NCBI GenBank assembly: GCA_963722445.1
Contig: CAVRMZ010000065.1
Location: forward strand, 1-50,152
DNA from: an uncultured Bacilli bacterium
GTDB lineage: Bacteria > Bacillota_I > Bacilli_A > RFN20 > CAG-826
Reading direction: 5' to 3'
DNA length: 50,152 nt
Positions 18,530 through 27,560 of this stretch are shown here, in pieces (position 1 is the first letter of the stretch; each line of letters opens with the position of its first letter). The notes under the pieces were generated by a model, which was given only the letters and a program-made list of their open reading frames with translations, did no database searches and was not told the origin of the DNA. The translations under genes were made by a program, and so were the position numbers.

Positions 18530-20293
18530 ATGGAAAATTTAAGTACCATTTACGGCGAAACCATTGATAAAAATCATCCTCTTAAAAGTCACCCCAATCC
18601 CTATTTCGAAAGGGATTGTTTTATATCGCTTAATGGTCCTTGGGATTTTGCACTAACTAGCGATTCCAAAATCCCAGATTTGTATCCAGACACCATCATT
18701 GTTCCGTTTAGTGTCGAAACCCCATTGAGTGGCGTTGGGAAAACCGTTTATTCGTTTAATTACATGCATTATCGGAAAACCTTGTCAATACCCGATGATT
18801 TTGTTGGAAAAAGCGGTCTTCTTCATTTTGATGCGATTGATCAAACCGCGGATATTTATTTGGATGGCGAGAAAATAGGATCTCATGAGGGCGGCTATTT
18901 TCCTTTTTTTATTTATATTCCGCTTTTAAAAAACAAACTAACAATTTCGGTGGTAGCTCATGATGACACTAGAAGTAGTATCTTCCCCCGCGGCAAGCAA
19001 TCGCTCCAACCTGGTGGTATTTGGTATCATCCCACTAGCGGTATTTGGCAAAGCGTTTATCTCGAAAAAGTACCGACTGATGGATATATTTCTTCATTTA
19101 AATTTGACCCGGATTTTGATTCTCAAAAAGTTAAAATTCACGCCGAATTTGTCGGCTTGAAAAGTTATCCTTCAATCTCTGCTTATTTTAATGGCCAATT
19201 AGTTGCCAAAAGCGCCTTTGATCAGGATGGAAATGCCTCTCTTGATTTAAAATACGATTTCTTCCCTTGGTCTGCTGAGAATCCTAACCTTTATAACATT
19301 GTCTTAAGCGATGGCTACGATGTCGTTCATTCTGTTTTTGGTTTCCGAAAAGTATCGATTGCTGCCAAAGGCGATCACCATTTCTTGATGGTCAATAACG
19401 AACCCGTCTTTCTTTCCGCTCTTCTTGACCAAGGTTACTGGCCTGAGAGCGGCTTGACGCCGCCTAGCGACGAAGCGATGGCAAATGATATTAGGATTGC
19501 TAAGAGAGCAGGGTTCAATTGTCTTCGGAAGCATATCAAAATCGAACCCATGAAATGGTATTTTCTTTGCGATAAACTCGGGATTTATGTTTCTCAAGAT
19601 TTCGTAAATGGTGGATCGAGCTATTCGCGTTTCCTCATTTATACGCGGCCTTTTGTCTCTTTTCCGATGGGCGATCACAATAACGCAATTTTGGGCCGAG
19701 CCACCGAAGGCTCAAAGACCCACTTTATTTCCGATATGAAGGAAACAGTTTCGCATCTTTATGGAGTGGCTAGCATTCTCATTTGGACAATATTCAATGA
19801 AGGGTGGGGCCAGTTTGATTCGGTTAAGATAACCCCAATTCTTCGGGCACTTGATTCTTCAAGGCTGATTGATTCAAACTCTGGATGGTTTGACCAATCC
19901 GTGGGGGATTTTTCTTCCTATCATGTCTATTATCGGCCCCCTCGGATTCTCAATGACGGATTAAGAATCCTGGCATTAACGGAATTTGGGGGCTATTCGC
20001 TTCCTTTACCAGACCACGATTATTCTGATAAGACATCAGGTTATAAAACTTTTTATACCTTCGAGTCTTTCAATGAAGCTCTTTTGAAATTATATAAAGA
20101 TTCAATCGAGCGTTTGATAACAAAACAAGATCTTTCGGTTTCCGTTTACACTCAGTTAACCGATGTGGAAGAAGAAGTTAACGGAATTATTACTTATGAC
20201 CGTAAAATCTCGAAAATAGACAACGATGCTATGAAAGTCGAGAACGCTAAACTTTATAATTTATACGAAGAAGCATTTAAAAAGGTCAATTGA
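18530..20293 (+). CDS. Glycoside hydrolase family 2
   Basis: SLNGPWDF, LLDQGYWP, GFNCLRKHIK, WTIFNEGWGQF (acid/base) and TEFGG (nucleophile) motifs. Confidence 0.9.
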   Translation: MENLSTIYGETIDKNHPLKSHPNPYFERDCFISLNGPWDFALTSDSKIPDLYPDTIIVPFSVETPLSGVGKTVYSFNYMHYRKTLSIPDDFVGKSGLLHFDAIDQTADIYLDGEKIGSHEGGYFPFFIYIPLLKNKLTISVVAHDDTRSSIFPRGKQSLQPGGIWYHPTSGIWQSVYLEKVPTDGYISSFKFDPDFDSQKVKIHAEFVGLKSYPSISAYFNGQLVAKSAFDQDGNASLDLKYDFFPWSAENPNLYNIVLSDGYDVVHSVFGFRKVSIAAKGDHHFLMVNNEPVFLSALLDQGYWPESGLTPPSDEAMANDIRIAKRAGFNCLRKHIKIEPMKWYFLCDKLGIYVSQDFVNGGSSYSRFLIYTRPFVSFPMGDHNNAILGRATEGSKTHFISDMKETVSHLYGVASILIWTIFNEGWGQFDSVKITPILRALDSSRLIDSNSGWFDQSVGDFSSYHVYYRPPRILNDGLRILALTEFGGYSLPLPDHDYSDKTSGYKTFYTFESFNEALLKLYKDSIERLITKQDLSVSVYTQLTDVEEEVNGIITYDRKISKIDNDAMKVENAKLYNLYEEAFKKVN

Positions 20294-20318
20294 TTCTTTT
20301 ATCCAATATAATATCCCC

Positions 20319-21107
20319 ATGATTTCCACGAAGATCGCTTTTTTCGATATTGATTGGACGCTATACGATCATAAGAACAATCAATGGTCATTAAGCGCCT
20401 TAGAGGCGATTAAACAGCTGAAGAAAAAAGGCATCAAATGTTTTATTTGCACATCTAGGCCATATGATTCGCTAAAACAGTTTGGAACACTAGACCTCGG
20501 AATTGATTGGGACGGCTATATTGCATCCGCTGGTGGAGTGGCAGTGGTTGGCAACCGGTATTTACGGAAGATGGTTATGAACCCCCATGATGTTTACGAC
20601 TTGATAGCGGAGATTCGAAAACAAAATCTAACTCTCGAAGTTGTGGATCTGAAAAAAAGAAAATTAATTTTTCCACAGACCGAGCAATCTATAGAATATT
20701 ATAAAATTTTTAAAGAAGCGGTTCCTCCGGTTCAACCCTACAAGGGGGAAGAGGCCATTGCCCTCAATCTTTTTTCGTCTTCGGATACCGATTCCGTTGT
20801 TTTCCGAAATTTTCCGCATTTGTTTTTCTTCCGATATTCCCCTATTTCGGTTGATGTAACGTCGGCTCCCCATGAAAAAGGTATGGCAATCCCTTCCATC
20901 CTTGATTCCTTTGGATTCAAAAAAGAAGAATCGGTCGGTTTTGGGGACGATCTTCAAGACATTTCGTTTTGCAAAGAAGTTGGCCGTTTTGTTTGCATGG
21001 GGAACGGCAAGGAAGATTTAAAGGCCGTCAGCGATTTTGTCACGACCCCTGTATGGGACAATGGCGTGGCCAATGGTCTTCGCTTTCTTGGTTTGGTCGA
21101 TAAGTAA
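20319..21107 (+). CDS. Cof-type HAD hydrolase
   Basis: FFDIDWTL, TSRP, K and GFGDDLQD/MGNG HAD motifs. Confidence 0.9.
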   Translation: MISTKIAFFDIDWTLYDHKNNQWSLSALEAIKQLKKKGIKCFICTSRPYDSLKQFGTLDLGIDWDGYIASAGGVAVVGNRYLRKMVMNPHDVYDLIAEIRKQNLTLEVVDLKKRKLIFPQTEQSIEYYKIFKEAVPPVQPYKGEEAIALNLFSSSDTDSVVFRNFPHLFFFRYSPISVDVTSAPHEKGMAIPSILDSFGFKKEESVGFGDDLQDISFCKEVGRFVCMGNGKEDLKAVSDFVTTPVWDNGVANGLRFLGLVDK

Positions 21108-21244
21108 CGCTGCAATAATGCCTGTCTTCTTTCTTGGGCAATTCTAGCTGCGGATTCTTTTCCTACGCTTTGGATTCCGCAATCCCCCCTTGCGTTACAA
21201 AGGCTTTTTAGTTTCCTACAATGTTCGTGTCGGGAGGGAAAAAC

Positions 21245-21391
21245 ATGAAAATGAATTTACAAAATACGCCTTATAAACGAGAGCCACATACGTTCTTTTT
21301 GGCTCTTTGGCCAGGATGCACGTTTTCTTCAATGGTTTCAAAGCCATGTTATTTTGGGAACAACGATGATTTAAAAGCCACGGGAAACTAA
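21245..21391 (+). CDS. Small ORF, 48 aa (MKMNLQNTPYKREPHTFFLALWPGCTFSSMVSKPCYFGNNDDLKATGN); possible leader peptide
   Basis: GGGAGG at 21232-21237, 7 nt before the ATG, with a terminator 21 nt after the stop. Not in the ORF track (under 60 aa). Confidence 0.45.
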   Translation: MKMNLQNTPYKREPHTFFLALWPGCTFSSMVSKPCYFGNNDDLKATGN

Positions 21392-21412
21392 CCGAATAAT
21401 AGCAATTCCCGC

Positions 21413-21436
21413 AAAAGCCCTTTCGAGGGCTTTTTT
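21413..21436 (+). terminator. Intrinsic terminator directly upstream of the decarboxylase fusion
   Basis: AAAAGCCCT-TTCG-AGGGCTTTT followed by TT. Confidence 0.85.
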
Positions 21437-21479
21437 GTTCGCTTTTTCCCTGCTTTCGTGTAATATGTTTTACGAAGTT

Positions 21480-24092
21480 ATGGCAAAACTCGATCAACGT
21501 AAAACCCCATTCCTTACGGCTCTCAAGGAATACATTTCGGATGACATTTCCCCCTTCGATGTCCCAGGACATCACATGGGGAATATTGATAATGCCGCAA
21601 CTGAGCTATTAGGAAATGAAGTCTATCGCTGTGATGTCAATGCCCCAATCGGTTTAGATAATTTGGCCAAACCTTCTGGCGTTATTTTGGAATCCGAAAA
21701 ACTTTTGGCTGAGGCTTGTGGCGCTGATGAGGCTTTCTTCCTTGTTAATGGCACCAGCAGTGGAATCATTGCGATGTTTTTGACTTCTGTAAGGGCAGGC
21801 GAAAAAGTCATTCTCCCTCGGAATTGCCATAAGTCAGTCATCAATGCTTTGATTCTTTGCGGCGCCGTTCCGGTTTATGTTATGCCGGAAATTGATAACG
21901 ATCTCGAAATTGCCAATCAGCCTTCTCTTGAGGATTGGCAAAAGGCGATCGCCGATAACCCTTCGGCCAAAGCCGTTTTTGTCATCAATCCCACCTATTT
22001 TGGAGCCATAGGCCCTCTTAAGGATATCGTGACGTTGGCCCATAAAAACCATATGGTGGTTCTCGTCGACGAAGCTCATGGTGCCCATTATTATTTCAAA
22101 TGCAATAGCTGCCCGCTCTCTGCGATGGCTGCGGGCGCCGATATGTCAGCGGCTTCATTCCACAAGACGGTTGGCTCTTTAACGCAAAGTTCCGTTCTTC
22201 TTCTTCATACAGGCGCCTTCCAGAGGGCCGATGTTCAAAAGAGCCTCAACATCATCAACACGACCTCCCCCTCGAGCTTATTAATGGCTTCCATTGATGC
22301 CGCAAGGAGCTACATGGCTTCCAACGAAGGAGCCAAAGCCATGGCTGAGACATATGAACTTGCCGCCTACGCCCGGTCGGAGATTCACAAAATTCCCGGT
22401 TTTCTTGATGAAGGAAAGGCTTATTTTTTAACCCATGGTTGCTTTGATTACGATGAAAGCAAGTTGGTCATTGGCTTGGACCGTCTCGATATGGACGGGT
22501 TCCAGCTATATCATTTGCTCAAAGATAAATACGAAATCATGATGGAGTTGGCAGAAACCTATGCGATTTTGGGCATTTTCGCCATTGGAACAAAAAAGGA
22601 GCACGTTGATCGTTTGATCAAAGCCCTTCAAGAGATTTCAGCTGAGCATTTTAAGCCAGAAGTCGTTTATCCAGTTCATCATTTCGATAATTCCTTTCCA
22701 TTTATGCTTCTCCGCCCCCGTGCTGCCTTTCATGCTCCCGGAGTCGTGAAGCCGGTTTCGGAATGCAATGGCGCTATTTCCAAAGAGCAAGTCATGATGT
22801 ACCCGCCTGGAATTCCTTTAATTGTTCCTGGAGAAGTCTGGACTCAGGAACTCATTGAGAGAATTGAGCACTACGAAGTCTTAGGAATTAAGCTTCTTTC
22901 GGCCTATAACAACGGTTATGAAGTGGTGGATCTCGCTAAATGGTCTCATTTTGCAACGTATGAGCGCAAGTTAAAAGCCTATTTGGAAAATCGTCGGACC
23001 ACGCCAACAAACGATGGCTTTCATCTTCCCTTTGAAGGCTTGGCTCACGAGAAAACCTTGGTTCTTATTCCTTTTCGTGGGGACACATGGCGGAATAAAG
23101 CCATTCCTGCCCAGGAAGCTTTCAAAGAAGTTATCAAGGCCATCGCCCTTCATGAAAAAGTGGTGGTGGGTGTTCACCCCGCGATTTATAAAAACGTAGC
23201 TCCTAAGTACCGCGGCATAAAAAACATAGAACTATTGCCTATTCGTTATGATGACGCTTGGGCTCGCGATAACATGCCTTTGTTTGTCACGAACGGGAAA
23301 GCTCTTAGGACGGTTGATTTCCGTTTCAACGCTTGGGGTGGGAACTATGACGGCCTATACCGCAATTACCAAGACGATGATCATTTAGCCGCCCGTATTT
23401 CAAAGAAATGGGATCTGCCGAATTACTATTTGCCTAATTTTGTCTTAGAAGGGGGCTCCATCGCCGTGGATGGCGAAGGAACGCTCATCACAACCGAAGC
23501 ATGTCTTTTATCCAAAGGTCGAAATCCGGCTTTCAGCAAATCGCAGATCGAAGAAATACTGGCGGCTTATCTCGGAGTCCAAAAAGTTATTTGGGTTCCT
23601 CATGGAATCTATCAAGACGAAACAGACGAACACGTTGATAACATGATTTCGTTTATTAAACCTGGCGAAGTTGTGATGGCTTGGACAAATGATGAAACCG
23701 ATCCTCAATATGAATATTGCGCCGAAACGTTTGAGGCTCTTAAAAATGCCACGGACGCCAAAGGAAGGAAGCTCATGATTCATAAGATGCTTCTTCCTAA
23801 CCCGCCGCTTTTCCTTACGGCCGAAGAGTCGAAAGGGCTTTTGAATTCCTCTTCGACTCTTGCCAAACGGGAACCGGGAAGAAGATTAGCGGCTTCTTAT
23901 ATAAATTATTATCAAGGGGAAGACTTTGTTGTGATGCCAGCTTTTGGGGTCAAAGAAGATTTACCGGCCTTTGAAGAAATGAAAAAGTTATATCCTAATA
24001 AAGTGATCCATCAGATAAACACCAAGGAGATTCTTCTTGGCGGCGGGAACATCCATTGCATCACGATGCAAGTTCCCACAAAGGAGGAATAG
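21480..24092 (+). CDS. speA-aguA: Fusion of a PLP-dependent Arg/Lys/Orn decarboxylase with agmatine deiminase
   Basis: N-half: FDVPGH, VDEAHGAH, SFHKT (PLP Lys) and MYPPGIP. C-half: WARD, FNAWGG, LEGGSI, DEHVD, ASYIN and GGGNIHCITMQ (catalytic Cys). One uninterrupted frame. Confidence 0.92.
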   Translation: MAKLDQRKTPFLTALKEYISDDISPFDVPGHHMGNIDNAATELLGNEVYRCDVNAPIGLDNLAKPSGVILESEKLLAEACGADEAFFLVNGTSSGIIAMFLTSVRAGEKVILPRNCHKSVINALILCGAVPVYVMPEIDNDLEIANQPSLEDWQKAIADNPSAKAVFVINPTYFGAIGPLKDIVTLAHKNHMVVLVDEAHGAHYYFKCNSCPLSAMAAGADMSAASFHKTVGSLTQSSVLLLHTGAFQRADVQKSLNIINTTSPSSLLMASIDAARSYMASNEGAKAMAETYELAAYARSEIHKIPGFLDEGKAYFLTHGCFDYDESKLVIGLDRLDMDGFQLYHLLKDKYEIMMELAETYAILGIFAIGTKKEHVDRLIKALQEISAEHFKPEVVYPVHHFDNSFPFMLLRPRAAFHAPGVVKPVSECNGAISKEQVMMYPPGIPLIVPGEVWTQELIERIEHYEVLGIKLLSAYNNGYEVVDLAKWSHFATYERKLKAYLENRRTTPTNDGFHLPFEGLAHEKTLVLIPFRGDTWRNKAIPAQEAFKEVIKAIALHEKVVVGVHPAIYKNVAPKYRGIKNIELLPIRYDDAWARDNMPLFVTNGKALRTVDFRFNAWGGNYDGLYRNYQDDDHLAARISKKWDLPNYYLPNFVLEGGSIAVDGEGTLITTEACLLSKGRNPAFSKSQIEEILAAYLGVQKVIWVPHGIYQDETDEHVDNMISFIKPGEVVMAWTNDETDPQYEYCAETFEALKNATDAKGRKLMIHKMLLPNPPLFLTAEESKGLLNSSSTLAKREPGRRLAASYINYYQGEDFVVMPAFGVKEDLPAFEEMKKLYPNKVIHQINTKEILLGGGNIHCITMQVPTKEE

Positions 24093-24979
24093 CCATGTTA
24101 ACCAAAGTCGCCATCACTCAATTCTCGATGGACGATAATTATGATAAAAACATTGCAAAAGCCGATCAAATTATAGAAAAATCCGTTGCTAAAGGAGCCA
24201 AAATCGTTTTGCTTCCTGAACTTTTTGAGCGGCATTATTTTTGCCAAACCGAAAACTATGAGAACTTCAAATTAGCGGAATCCGCTATTTCTTCAAAAAC
24301 TTTAAGGCACTATCAAGAAATTGCCAAAAAGAATCAGGTGGTTCTCCCAATTTCCTTTTTTGAAAAAGAAGGGAACTGTTTTTTTAATTCCTTGGCCATG
24401 ATAGACGCTGACGGAAGAATCTTAGGAATTTATCGCAAGAGCCATATTCCAACAGGGGAATGTTATGAAGAGAAATTTTATTTTACCCCAGGGGATACGG
24501 GCTTTATGGTTTTCAAAACTTCGGCAGGACGTCTTGGCATTGGAATTTGCTGGGATCAGTGGTTCCCAGAAACCGCGCGAATCTTGGCGCTTAAAGGTGC
24601 CGAGATGCTGCTTTTCCCCACTGCCATTGGGAGCGAGCCCGTTCTTCCTAAGGACAGCAAGAATCACTGGCAGAATGTTATGCGGGGTCATGCAGCCGCT
24701 AACATCATGCCGGTAATAACTTCGAATAGAGTCGGAATCGAGAAAATTGGATCCTCATCACTGAAGTTTTATGGCTCCTCTTTCATTGCCGACCAACATG
24801 GTGAAATCGCTGTAGAAATGAATCGGGTCGAAGAAGGTTTCAAGACCGCCGATTTTGATTTAAAAGCCATCTTTGAAGAACGGTATAGTTGGGGCGTTTT
24901 TAGAGATAGGCGCTTGGATCTTTATGGCGATTTATTGAAGAACGACTCTTCAAGAAACTTCAAAACGAAAAAACGATAA
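24086..24979 (+). CDS. aguB: N-carbamoylputrescine amidase
   Basis: Nitrilase-fold triad LPELF / YRKSHIP / ICWDQWFPE; YEEKFYFTPGD; PTAIGSEP; AAAGGAGG RBS; overlaps the stop of the deiminase fusion. Confidence 0.92.
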   Translation, partial: GIAMLTKVAITQFSMDDNYDKNIAKADQIIEKSVAKGAKIVLLPELFERHYFCQTENYENFKLAESAISSKTLRHYQEIAKKNQVVLPISFFEKEGNCFFNSLAMIDADGRILGIYRKSHIPTGECYEEKFYFTPGDTGFMVFKTSAGRLGIGICWDQWFPETARILALKGAEMLLFPTAIGSEPVLPKDSKNHWQNVMRGHAAANIMPVITSNRVGIEKIGSSSLKFYGSSFIADQHGEIAVEMNRVEEGFKTADFDLKAIFEERYSWGVFRDRRLDLYGDLLKNDSSRNFKTKKR

Positions 24980-25058
24980 TAAAAACCAAAACTCCAATTG
25001 CGATCAAGGCAAGAATAATCGGGAAGAGATAAATAAAGCTGAATTTTTTCTTTTTCAT
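24960..25058 (-). CDS. Small single-pass membrane protein, 32 aa (MKKKKFSFIYLFPIILALIAIGVLVFIIVFSF)
   Basis: Hand-translated: four Lys then 27 almost entirely hydrophobic residues. TATAAT lies 11 nt upstream of the ATG on the minus strand. There is no clear RBS. Confidence 0.5.
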   Translation of the reverse strand: MKKKKFSFIYLFPIILALIAIGVLVFIIVFSF

Positions 25059-25093
25059 CTTTGGCATCTATTATACAATTACCCACGTTAATC

Positions 25094-25726
25094 ATGGAAT
25101 GGCTTTGGCTTTCGTTTATCTATGGAATCGCTCTTTCGATGGATTGTCTAGCCCTTTCTATTGCGGATGGACTTGTCTATAGTGACCTCACTAAAAAGAA
25201 AGCGTTTTTCATCGCTGGCGTTTTTGCTTTAGGGCAAGGACTTTTTCCGCTGCTCGGCCACTTGCTTGGCCTAGCTTTCTCCCGGTGGATTGACCAATAC
25301 GATCATTGGATAGCGTTCTTTCTGCTTGCTTTCATTGGCGGGAAGATGGCTATTGAAGGCATTATCGGAATCCTTAAGCCTGCTTCTAAAGAGGCTTGCG
25401 ACTGTCAAGGCAATAACTGCAAAAAATTCAATTATGGTGAAGTGATTATCCAAGGAATTGCCGATTCGATTGATGCTTTGGCAGTGGGAATAACGATTGA
25501 TACGAACATTCATGCGGACAGCGGGGCCACTTACGAAATTTATTTGGCTTTTGGGATCATCGCCTTATGCACTTTCGGGCTTTCCATTCTTGGGATCTTT
25601 GCAGGGAAGAAAATTAGCCTATTGCTTAAGGGGAAGTATGAGATTAGCAATGTCATAGGAGGTGCAGTCCTTATTTTGCTTGGAATCTTGATTTTGCTTG
25701 AAGGATTAAATCTATTTCATTGGTAG
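25094..25726 (+). CDS. mntP: Manganese efflux pump MntP family
   Basis: Twin motifs ALSMDCLALSIADG and ADSIDALAVG; YDHWIAFFLL. The start could instead be TTG at 25061. Confidence 0.88.
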   Translation: MEWLWLSFIYGIALSMDCLALSIADGLVYSDLTKKKAFFIAGVFALGQGLFPLLGHLLGLAFSRWIDQYDHWIAFFLLAFIGGKMAIEGIIGILKPASKEACDCQGNNCKKFNYGEVIIQGIADSIDALAVGITIDTNIHADSGATYEIYLAFGIIALCTFGLSILGIFAGKKISLLLKGKYEISNVIGGAVLILLGILILLEGLNLFHW

Positions 25727-25739
25727 TAAAATAGTCGCG

Positions 25740-27560
25740 ATGAAATGCAAATCCCGCTTTTTCGTTTTTGTGGTTTTGCTGGTTTTAGGCCTTTCGGCGT
25801 GTTCTCCCAACGGTTCTTCTTTCGCAGAGTCTGTTGCTTCAGAAACTAAAGACATTACTTTGAACAAGGATTCTGCCATCGCTTGGACTGAAAGCAATGG
25901 CATTTATTCCGACGGCATTTTGCGGTGTAAGGTGGCCAAAGGGACTGCAAGCGACGAAGGTTGGTTTTCATTAGCCCAAGGGGGTTTGTTCAAAAACGTT
26001 TCGCTTAATGAGTCTTTGCCTCCTTCCTATTACTGGGATGCCATTTCTGTGGATTTTAAACGAACGAGTGATTACGGATATCTCACCGTGCGCGGATCAG
26101 AATTCGAAATAACCTCTCCTGAGAATGGGGCCTACGAAGTTGAGGGCAATACCAAGCTTTTCTTTTCAAGCGACCGGTCTTCTTTTCCATATTTTTCCTT
26201 GTATGTTTGCGTTGGCGCTTTCGTTATTAATTCCATCACTTTGTACGGAGCTAAAAAAAGTGAAATCAACCAACCAAGCTTTTTGGATTTTTATACGATT
26301 AACGATACGCATGGGGCAGCGGATTACATCGCTTCCAAATACCAGGCCGGAATCTCTAGGCTTTCATCTTATATTCTTAATCAAGAAAAGGCCAAACCAG
26401 ATAATACGGTTCTTGTTTCTTCTGGAGATATGTGGCAAGGCGGCGCTTTGTCCAATGAAACCCATGGTGAACTTATGGTCAACTGGATGAATACGGCCGG
26501 TTTTGAATCAATGGCCATTGGGAATCACGAATTTGATTGGACCGCTGACTATATCGCTCGGAATTCAAATCTCGCGAATTTTCCTTTTTTGGGAATCAAT
26601 ATTCTGGATGGGAACAACGTAAGACCCTCTTGGGCGGCACCCAGCATGATAGTCCAGCGCGGTCGCTACAGGGTTGGGGTTATTGGGGCGATTGGGAAGC
26701 TTGAGAATTCCATCGCTGCCTCGAGTTTGGGAAGCTATCATTTCGATGGGAACATTCCCTCTCTTGTTTCGGCTGAAGCGAGGCGGTTGCGTTCAGAAGA
26801 AGGATGCGATGTCGTTGTGCTTTCTCTTCACGATTCGTCTTTTGATACTTCCGCTTGCCAAAATATCGATGCCGTTTTCGAAGGCCATTCTCATCAAGAC
26901 TATGAAAACGTAGATGTTTATGGCATCCCCCATGTTCAATGCAGTGCTAATGGCAGCGAATTCCAGAAAGTTCATTTTGAGGAAGTCGATGGGAAATTAA
27001 AATTTGCCAGCTGTTCTCAAGAAAAATTTAGCGTGGTTTCTAACGTATCTGAAGACCCAATGGCTAAAGGAATTTATGACTATTATTACGCCCAGCATCC
27101 CGGAATTGATGAAGTAGTTGGCCATTCCGACACCCTCATTTCCGAAACCGAATTGGCTAGCATTTCATCGAAAGCTTTGTGCGAATATTACAAGAATGTC
27201 AATTGGAATTCCAATATGGCGGCCGGAATTATCAATTGGGGCGGAGTTAGGCAAACCATTCCGGCCGGCGATATTACTTATGCCGAGGTTTATGCCGCTT
27301 TGCCCTTTGATAACGACAATGTTATGTGTTCCTTAACTGGCGACAATTTTAAAAAATTGCTTAGTTATTCTTCTTTATCGATATATTCAACCACAACTTC
27401 CGCTGATATCGTAAGTTCCAACACCTATTATGCGATGATTATTTCTTATGTTAGCGATTACGTCTATTACGCGCCATTGCTTACGGAAATCAAACGGGAC
27501 GCCACAAAGCGTTTGCGGGATATTGTGGCTGACTATTTTCGGGCTGGAAACAATGTCTAA
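25740..27560 (+). CDS. Lipoprotein 5'-nucleotidase/metallophosphoesterase with an extra N-terminal domain
   Basis: Lipobox LSAC; INDTHG, SSGDMWQG, GNHEFD and FEGHSHQ motifs; C-terminal NWGGVRQ and LPFDN. Confidence 0.88.
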   Translation: MKCKSRFFVFVVLLVLGLSACSPNGSSFAESVASETKDITLNKDSAIAWTESNGIYSDGILRCKVAKGTASDEGWFSLAQGGLFKNVSLNESLPPSYYWDAISVDFKRTSDYGYLTVRGSEFEITSPENGAYEVEGNTKLFFSSDRSSFPYFSLYVCVGAFVINSITLYGAKKSEINQPSFLDFYTINDTHGAADYIASKYQAGISRLSSYILNQEKAKPDNTVLVSSGDMWQGGALSNETHGELMVNWMNTAGFESMAIGNHEFDWTADYIARNSNLANFPFLGINILDGNNVRPSWAAPSMIVQRGRYRVGVIGAIGKLENSIAASSLGSYHFDGNIPSLVSAEARRLRSEEGCDVVVLSLHDSSFDTSACQNIDAVFEGHSHQDYENVDVYGIPHVQCSANGSEFQKVHFEEVDGKLKFASCSQEKFSVVSNVSEDPMAKGIYDYYYAQHPGIDEVVGHSDTLISETELASISSKALCEYYKNVNWNSNMAAGIINWGGVRQTIPAGDITYAEVYAALPFDNDNVMCSLTGDNFKKLLSYSSLSIYSTTTSADIVSSNTYYAMIISYVSDYVYYAPLLTEIKRDATKRLRDIVADYFRAGNNV

